DNA of 32,000 nucleotides from Candidatus Nanoarchaeia archaeon (lineage in GTDB: Archaea; Nanobdellota; Nanobdellia; Woesearchaeales; JANQNC01): NCBI GenBank assembly GCA_028279745.1, contig JANQNC010000001.1, positions 1,269,351 to 1,301,350 of the forward strand. Reading direction: 5' to 3'. This document shows, piece after piece, positions 9,401 to 16,200 of this stretch. Numbering within the stretch: position 1 is the stretch's first letter; every line of letters starts with the position of its first letter. The notes below the pieces were generated by a model. It was not told where the DNA came from and made no database searches. It worked only from the letters and a program-made list of their open reading frames with translations. The position numbers and the translations under genes are program-made.

Positions 9401-10316
9401 GTACGTTGACTGTCATGTGCACACTTTAAGGTCGGACAGCACAGAACCTCTAGGTAAGCTGGCAGAGAGGGCAAAAAAGTGCGGGCTTGAAAAGATAGTA
9501 GTGACTGATCATCATTGTTTCTATCCTGCAGAGGAGCTTGAACGGGTAAGCAAAGAGAAAAATATCATCATCGAATCAGGAGTTGAGATCTGGACAACAT
9601 TCTTAGGATGTGATGTTCATATACTTGGTTACGATCTAAACCCTGATGAGGTGCTGGTCAAGTCACTGCGTCCTGCGCTAGATGAGGAGAACGAGCTGGC
9701 CAGGCGAGCCATCAAAGAGTATATTGATCTGGGTATAACCATGCCTTCTTTTGAGGAGATCAGGACGAGATCTTATGGGTCCCTTGAGCCGATCTCACGC
9801 AAAGAATACGTTGATCTGAAGGATGTTGCGGCAGCAAGACACCATCTGCATAACGTGGATTTTGATGCTGCTTTAAGAGAAGTACAGAGAACAAAGTATA
9901 CTGGAGAATCAACAAGACTTATCGATGTAGAATCAGACTTTGAGCATATGCCTGTCGCAGCTGCTATCAATATGATCAAAAACTCAAACGGTAAAGCAGT
10001 GATAGCGCACCCGGGATTTGTATTTCATACTTCTAGACGACCTAAGATAGAAGACTGGTATTTTTTGTATGAGCTGTTCAGAGAGTGTTCAAAGGAAGAC
10101 ATAGATGGTGCAGAGATCGTATCTTTGTGGCATGATGAGAGATATGGTTACAATTTCCTTGCTGAGCTAAATGCGTCTTCGGAAGATCATGCAGTAAAGA
10201 AATACAAAGAAGAGATATATGGGATTGTAAAAAAGTTTAGGCTGCATACAAGAGGTTCTGATGATCATGGATGCTACAAGAAGCAATTTTTGCTTGAAAG
10301 ACTATTTAACTATTGA
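9384..10316 (+). CDS. PHP-family metal-dependent phosphoesterase (TrpH/YciV, COG0613-like)
   Basis: 310 aa with VDCHVHTLRSDS (HxH), KIVVTDHH, GVEIW...DVHILGY, AVIAHPG and TRGSDDHG. This is the ordered set of PHP metal-ligand motifs. Confidence 0.85.
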   Translation: MIYQNKYVDCHVHTLRSDSTEPLGKLAERAKKCGLEKIVVTDHHCFYPAEELERVSKEKNIIIESGVEIWTTFLGCDVHILGYDLNPDEVLVKSLRPALDEENELARRAIKEYIDLGITMPSFEEIRTRSYGSLEPISRKEYVDLKDVAAARHHLHNVDFDAALREVQRTKYTGESTRLIDVESDFEHMPVAAAINMIKNSNGKAVIAHPGFVFHTSRRPKIEDWYFLYELFRECSKEDIDGAEIVSLWHDERYGYNFLAELNASSEDHAVKKYKEEIYGIVKKFRLHTRGSDDHGCYKKQFLLERLFNY

Positions 10317-11204
10317 TTCTGCCAGGTGATTTATCTTCATAAGTACTGTCAAGAGGTAGTGTAGTACCATCCGATTATTATTGCTGACTTTTGGAAAGAG
10401 TTCTAAAGCCTTTTCTTCAGTCGCTTCTCTTTTTTGTGTGTGTTTTGACAGTGCCGCAAGGTCAACCTTATAGAATACCTCATATGTCCCTCTGAACAAA
10501 GCATTTACCTCTTTGTATATATCTAAGACTTCGTTGGTCAATGTGGGCTTTTCTTCTTTTATCAGATATTTGCATAGGTCCCTATAAGCGTCTGCTATCT
10601 GATCAAGTTCTCTTATCAGAGCATATATAAACAGAGTCTTCCTATATTCCTTATATCCTTTTTTGTTAAGTATCCTTTCGCATAAGTTACATAGCTTATT
10701 GTTCATCCTTTCCATCGCTTGAACTTCGTTGAGCTGTTCCATCTTCCTGCTCGTTATCTTTGTATAGCTTTCGTCAGCCATAGATAATGTGAGCAGGAAC
10801 AGTCTTCTTATTATCGTATCTATCTCTGTTTGTGACTCCTCCATAAGGTTTTTTATAAGACATTTCTTGTTATCCTGATTGACGATATCGAAACCCATGA
10901 GTTGTTCTGATATCGCTTTCTGCAGTTTGTTCAGTATTTCGATATTGTCGAACGTTATGTGTATCTCATCATAGCCGTACCTGTACATCGCTTTGATGTC
11001 CCTTACGTTGTAGTCATAACCTTTGCTTAGGTCTAATGCGATCTTTTGTATAGACTGTCCTTTGTCTAGTTTGAGCACTATCTTATTCTCGTACTCTTCG
11101 ACATCGATGTCATCACCCTTTTTTATCTTATTCTTCTCTACCCATTTGCTTGGCAGAGATACAACTTTGGTGAATTTACCTACCTGTACAACTTTCCTTT
11201 TCAT
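10302..11204 (-). CDS. AbrB/SpoVT-domain plus PhoU-like domain regulator (archaeal phosphate-uptake-regulator type)
   Basis: 300 aa. The N-terminus VVQVGKFTKVVSLPSKWVEKNKIKKGDDIDVEE is a SpoVT/AbrB swapped-hairpin motif. The rest is helical PhoU-like repeats. Its 3' end overlaps the convergent PHP gene by 15 nt. Confidence 0.75.
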   Translation of the reverse strand: MKRKVVQVGKFTKVVSLPSKWVEKNKIKKGDDIDVEEYENKIVLKLDKGQSIQKIALDLSKGYDYNVRDIKAMYRYGYDEIHITFDNIEILNKLQKAISEQLMGFDIVNQDNKKCLIKNLMEESQTEIDTIIRRLFLLTLSMADESYTKITSRKMEQLNEVQAMERMNNKLCNLCERILNKKGYKEYRKTLFIYALIRELDQIADAYRDLCKYLIKEEKPTLTNEVLDIYKEVNALFRGTYEVFYKVDLAALSKHTQKREATEEKALELFPKVSNNNRMVLHYLLTVLMKINHLAESIVK

Positions 11205-11480
11205 CTTAAATGGGGGGTTCTATCTAATATATAAATCTTTCCTAAAAAATTAGATGGGTATATACTGTTTTGATTTTAGTATTAAAATTATAGTAAAGTA
11301 TATATTTCATTTTTATTATATTGTTATGGTGGTGAGAATAGTTTCTCTCCGTAAAGTGAAAAAAGGTATTAACCGAAAAAAAATGAAAAGTAGATTCACA
11401 TAAAAAAATAGACAAAAAAAGAATTTATGATTCACTACAACTCCCAGAAAATAACCATTTTTTCGGGGGGGTGAAAAAAG

Positions 11481-12275
11481 ATGTTATCAACTAAGAATGC
11501 AATCGAACCATTGATCGGGCTTGGACTAAATAAGTATGAGGCAAAAGTGTACCTCACTTTGATAGGGGAAGGAATCAGTACAGCTAAGAATATTTCGGAT
11601 ATTACTGGAATCCCTTATGGAAAAGTTTATGAGGTTATAAACGCGTTGTCTTCAAAAGGGTTCTGCACGATACTTCCTTCAAAACCCATGAAGTGTCAGG
11701 CCATATCTCCTAGGGATGCTGTGATAAACGCAAAAAAAGATGTTGAAGAAAGATATGATAAGCTTGAAAGCCACATAGTGTCAGAGTTGGAGCCTCTGTT
11801 CGTAGAGAGCAGAAAGTTTGTGGAGCCCAAAGGGATATTCTGGGTGATAAATGGGAGAGCAAACGTGGTGAAAAAGATAGATGAGCTTATCCAGAAGGCA
11901 GAGAAAAATATATGCATACACTGCTCACCAAATAGTCTTTCAAGACTTGTCCTGCATAAGGAGCTGTTGAGAGAGGCAAATAAAAGAGGCGTCAACATAT
12001 CTATAGCAGGTGTTGTGAACAACGAAGTCCTTGAAGAGATAGACTCATTAGACTTTTGCGACATAAGAAAAGTAAAAAGTGCAAATAACAACTTGTTCTC
12101 TATAGACGATAAAGAGTGTTTGATAATAGAGCCGATGCCAGATGATGAGAATATATTATATGGAAGAGACTTGGGAGTTTGGGTATCATCCTCTTCATTC
12201 ACTAAGTTCATGTGCGATTTTTTTGCCACAAACTTTAAGAAAGCAAAATCTGTTTTTCCTCCTGTCAGTAAGTGA
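11481..12275 (+). CDS. TrmB-family transcriptional regulator (paralogue 1)
   Basis: 264 aa. N-terminal winged HTH is GLNKYEAKVYLTLIGEGISTAKNISDITGIPYGKVYEVINALSSKGF, followed by a TrmB-like C-terminal domain. A strong SD (GGGGGGGTGA, 11465-11474) lies 6 nt upstream of the ATG. Confidence 0.85.
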   Translation: MLSTKNAIEPLIGLGLNKYEAKVYLTLIGEGISTAKNISDITGIPYGKVYEVINALSSKGFCTILPSKPMKCQAISPRDAVINAKKDVEERYDKLESHIVSELEPLFVESRKFVEPKGIFWVINGRANVVKKIDELIQKAEKNICIHCSPNSLSRLVLHKELLREANKRGVNISIAGVVNNEVLEEIDSLDFCDIRKVKSANNNLFSIDDKECLIIEPMPDDENILYGRDLGVWVSSSSFTKFMCDFFATNFKKAKSVFPPVSK

Positions 12276-12284
12276 ACAGGATAC

Positions 12285-12292
12285 TTTTTTTT
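12285..12292 (+). terminator. T8 run, archaeal-type oligo-T terminator candidate after TrmB paralogue 1
   Basis: TTTTTTTT starts 10 nt after the stop at 12275. It is followed by an AT-rich TATA-like stretch (TTAATATAAAAAAT) ahead of the next gene. Confidence 0.3.
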
Positions 12293-12338
12293 CTTAATAT
12301 AAAAAATAGATAAATATTCTTTATGTAACTACAAGATT

Positions 12339-13136
12339 ATGGAAAACACTGACAGAGCGTTTAGGATACTGTCTGATATCGGACTGAATAAATATGAAGC
12401 AAAAGTGTATCTAACATTGGTGAGTGAAGGGGTAAGCACCGCAAAGAACATATCAGAAATTACGGGGATCCCATATGGGAAAGTATATGAGATAATAAAC
12501 ACTTTATCATATAAAGGATTTTCTATGATACTCCCTTCAAAACCTATGAAGTATACGGCAATATCGCCAAAACAGGTTCTTTTCTCTTCTAAGAACGAGA
12601 CGCTAGATAAGTTTAGGAAAATAGAAACAGATATAGTGAACAATCTGGAACCTTTGTTTATGAAAAACAGGCAGTTCACACAACCAAAGAGTGTGTTCTC
12701 ACTAGTCAACGGCAGATCTAGTGTAGTGAAGAAGACTGAGGAGCTGATAAACAAGGCTAACAAAAATATACATATCCAGTGCAGTGCAAATTCATTGTCG
12801 CGGCTAGTGCTCCACAAAGAGGCGTTGAAAAATGCTGCAGACAGAGATGTAAAAATAGCTATTGCAGGCATAACCGATGAGAGCAATAAGAAAGAGATAA
12901 GCTCTTTAGGGTTTTGTGATGTAAGGCAGATAAAAAGATCAAGAAGCAATTTCATCTCAGTAGACGCGAGTGAGTGTTTAGTTGTGACCCCCTTTCCAGA
13001 CGATGAGAACATAATCTTCGGAAGAGATACAGGAATGCACATACTAAGCAGCTCATTCACGTCTTTTACTGATAATTTTTTCATATCAAGTTTTAATAGA
13101 GCAAAAAAGATTGATTTATCCACTAAGCTGAGATAA
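12339..13136 (+). CDS. TrmB-family transcriptional regulator (paralogue 2)
   Basis: 265 aa, collinear with 11481..12275. The HTH is GLNKYEAKVYLTLVSEGVSTAKNISEITGIPYGKVYEIINTLSYKGF (40 of 47 positions identical to paralogue 1 by my count). Confidence 0.85.
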   Translation: MENTDRAFRILSDIGLNKYEAKVYLTLVSEGVSTAKNISEITGIPYGKVYEIINTLSYKGFSMILPSKPMKYTAISPKQVLFSSKNETLDKFRKIETDIVNNLEPLFMKNRQFTQPKSVFSLVNGRSSVVKKTEELINKANKNIHIQCSANSLSRLVLHKEALKNAADRDVKIAIAGITDESNKKEISSLGFCDVRQIKRSRSNFISVDASECLVVTPFPDDENIIFGRDTGMHILSSSFTSFTDNFFISSFNRAKKIDLSTKLR

Positions 13137-13233
13137 AAAACTTACCTGATATCTCTTGATTAAAAAAGAATAATAACTTCTTTCCCTTAGACTTTCAAAA
13201 AATAACTTTAAACGTAAAAGGGTGAGGGTCAAA

Positions 13234-16200
13234 ATGGTAAAAATAATGAACTTTAAGTCTATCAAATCTATTTTATTTCTGTTTGTATTTTTTTTGTCTA
13301 TCGTAGTTGTATCTGCAGCAAACTGTTGGGATTATGATCTCCAAACTAATTGTGAAAGTGCAGACTGTAGCTGGAATGAAGATCCCTGGGGGGGATGGTG
13401 TGAGGAAAAAGGATGCTGGAATTTTTGGTCAGAAAATGAATGTACAAGTTCGACAAGCACTATAAATAGATCTTGCAGCTGGCAATCATCTTCATCAGGT
13501 TATTGTGGGGAGTTGGATTGTTGGTCTTTTGACGGGACAAACGAGACAGCATGCGTAAATAATACATATAACATAGAATGTGAATGGATAGATGAATATA
13601 ATGCAACAACCTGGGACTTCCCCTGTATGGGCCCTCCAGAAAAACAATGCTGGAACTATACAACATCTGAATCCTGCAGTGCGGTTGCAGGGTGTAGCTG
13701 GGGGATGTGCTCTAAAAAGGATTGTTGGGACTATTCTGATACGGATGAATACACTTGTGAATCTCAAGTCGGATTCAACAAAAAATCTTGCGAATGGAAA
13801 AGCTATTCTTGGGGCAGTGAATGTGTAGAACGAGGGTGTTGGGACTATAGCAATGTAACTTCTTGTGAATCAAATGGATGTAAGTGGGACGGAAGCTGTA
13901 TGGAGCTTTCTTGTGGAGAATTTACTGGAGTAAATGAAAGTTATTGTGTAAGCAACAGCGCAAACCTAAGCTGTGAATGGGATTCAGCAGGTAAGTGGTG
14001 TATGGAAAAAGGATGCTGGAACAATGATGAAGGAAGTTGTGACAACGGCCTTGGCTGTTTTTGGGATACTTTTGAAGGGGGGTGGTGTCAAGAGCAAGGG
14101 TGCTGGAACTGGGAAAATAACCAGACAGCATGTGAAGATACAGGTCTTCATCCAGGACTTGAATGCACTTATGATGTTAGCGGAGGGTGGTGTTATGAAG
14201 ACGTTGGCTCCAAATCCTGTGCAGACATCAACGTAGAAAGAGACTGCATGGATACTTTTTACTGTTGGTGGGATCACTCTCAGAGCACATGCAACGATCC
14301 TGGCGCAGGTATAGAGACTGAGTTTGAAGAATGGAACCCTGGCTGTTATATCTTTGATATGGATCAAAATGCCTGTGGAAATGTTACTGGTTGTTATTGG
14401 AGCGGCGGTGTGTGTGAAACAAACATGACTGTGCTTCCTACTAATGAACTAAACTGCAGCCTTATACAAGACTCAGATATGTGTAATAACATACCTGCAT
14501 TGAGCAGCTGCTGCAGCTGGCAAGCTGGAGAGTGTGTGGCAGATAGATTCGATCAGTCTTGTCGTGAGGAGATGCAGGAACCGCCTGAAGGAGCACATTA
14601 TTGTGAAGACTATGTGGCATACACAAGCAAAGATGTATGTGAACAGATAGCGGGAAGCCCCTGGTTTATGCCGTGCGAGTTTGATAATTCTACTGAAAGA
14701 TGTGAGTTTAAAGGAGATGATGTCTTTGGAGATGGAGACAAGAACATAATGAAGATAGACAATGAGATAAATTGTGAAGCTGCAGGAGGAAAATGGATCC
14801 TTGACACATATCCGAGTACGAACAATGCAAGCACAGCCGTAAGACTATCTCTTGGAAGATGTGACTTTAAATTTGATGAAGAAAGAAACTGCAACAAGGA
14901 ATGTTTTGCATGTGAGTACAAACAAGACAAGACAAATTGGGGTACCGTTGCAGATGCAAGGAAAGCATGTGTCGATTCAGAGCTTGGACTTTGTAGATTT
15001 ATAGAAGATCCAGATGCGCCAAACAGCTACGGTTATTGCGAACCAAAAGAGGAATTCAAGAAAGGGCTTGTAGGGGGAGACTGCAGCACTGATTGTGGTG
15101 CATGCACCTATATGGGAGACCCTGCAGCATCAGCAGGAAAAAGGCCATCAGATTACTGTGAGGGCAGCGATGCAAAATGCAAGTGGGTAGCAGATCCTTC
15201 ACATCCTGATGATGAAAGCTTTGGAAGATGTGCATCAAAATCCGAAAAGACATGTGAGGATAGATGCGATAAATGTTATGATGAAAGCAACTGTCAAAGC
15301 ACAGGAGGAAAACAAGGAGACTCAAGTGCAGCAGCAGTATGTGAATGGAACAATGGAATATGCTCATATAAATCGGGAGCAAGCGAGATGGAAGTATGTT
15401 GGGATGGACAGGACAACAACGGGGATAATAAGGTAGACTGCGCAGATTCTATGTGCTGGTCAGACCCCTTTTGTGGCGGAGAGTTCATGTTTGGAGACTT
15501 CGGAAAAGACTGTTTCATGTTTAACGAACAATCAAGCTGTGAAACTGAAGGTTGTGCATGGGTAAACGAGAACTGGGGCGCATGGTGTGACATGCCTGGA
15601 GCAGTATGCTGGAAAAAAGACGGAACAAACCAGACAGTTTGTGAAGATGGCGGAAGCTGTGAATGGCACTCAGGCTTCGGAGGATTCTGCGAGCAGGACT
15701 GGGATATGGGGGGAGCTGCAAACTCATGCTTCTCAGCGACAAACCAGACAGGCTGTCAAGCACTATCAGACCAGAACTGCACCTGGGTTATCGACGAATG
15801 GTGCAGCGAAAAAGGAGGATTCTGTGACCCAGACCCTTCTTACAGCGGAGCATGGTATGATTGTGCACAGCATGACGTGGATGGAAATGCAACTTGTGAA
15901 TCACATGCAGAATGCAACTGGTATGTGGATCCTTGGTGTCAGCAACAAGGAAGCGATGCAGGATTCTGTGATCACAAAAGCTTTGCGTGCTGGCAGTATG
16001 ATGACGGTCAAAACATATGTGAGAATTCAACAAACTCAGAGTGGTGTGTCTGGATGACTGACCCTTACTCTCCTGAAGGAGGATTCTGTGAAGGAAAGAT
16101 GATGAGTGGAGAATCAGGAAGCTGTTGGGATCAGAGCAACCAGACCAGCTGCAGCGAAGCATCAGGATGCAGATGGATGAGTGGATTCTGTGACCCTCCT

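Noticed and set aside
12329-13123. 264-aa ORF antisense to TrmB paralogue 2, and a 177-aa ORF (11696..12229) antisense to paralogue 1
   Set aside because: Both are Ser/Leu/Phe-rich shadow frames of Lys/Glu-rich genes. They have no start context or motifs. The sense frames carry unmistakable TrmB HTH motifs.
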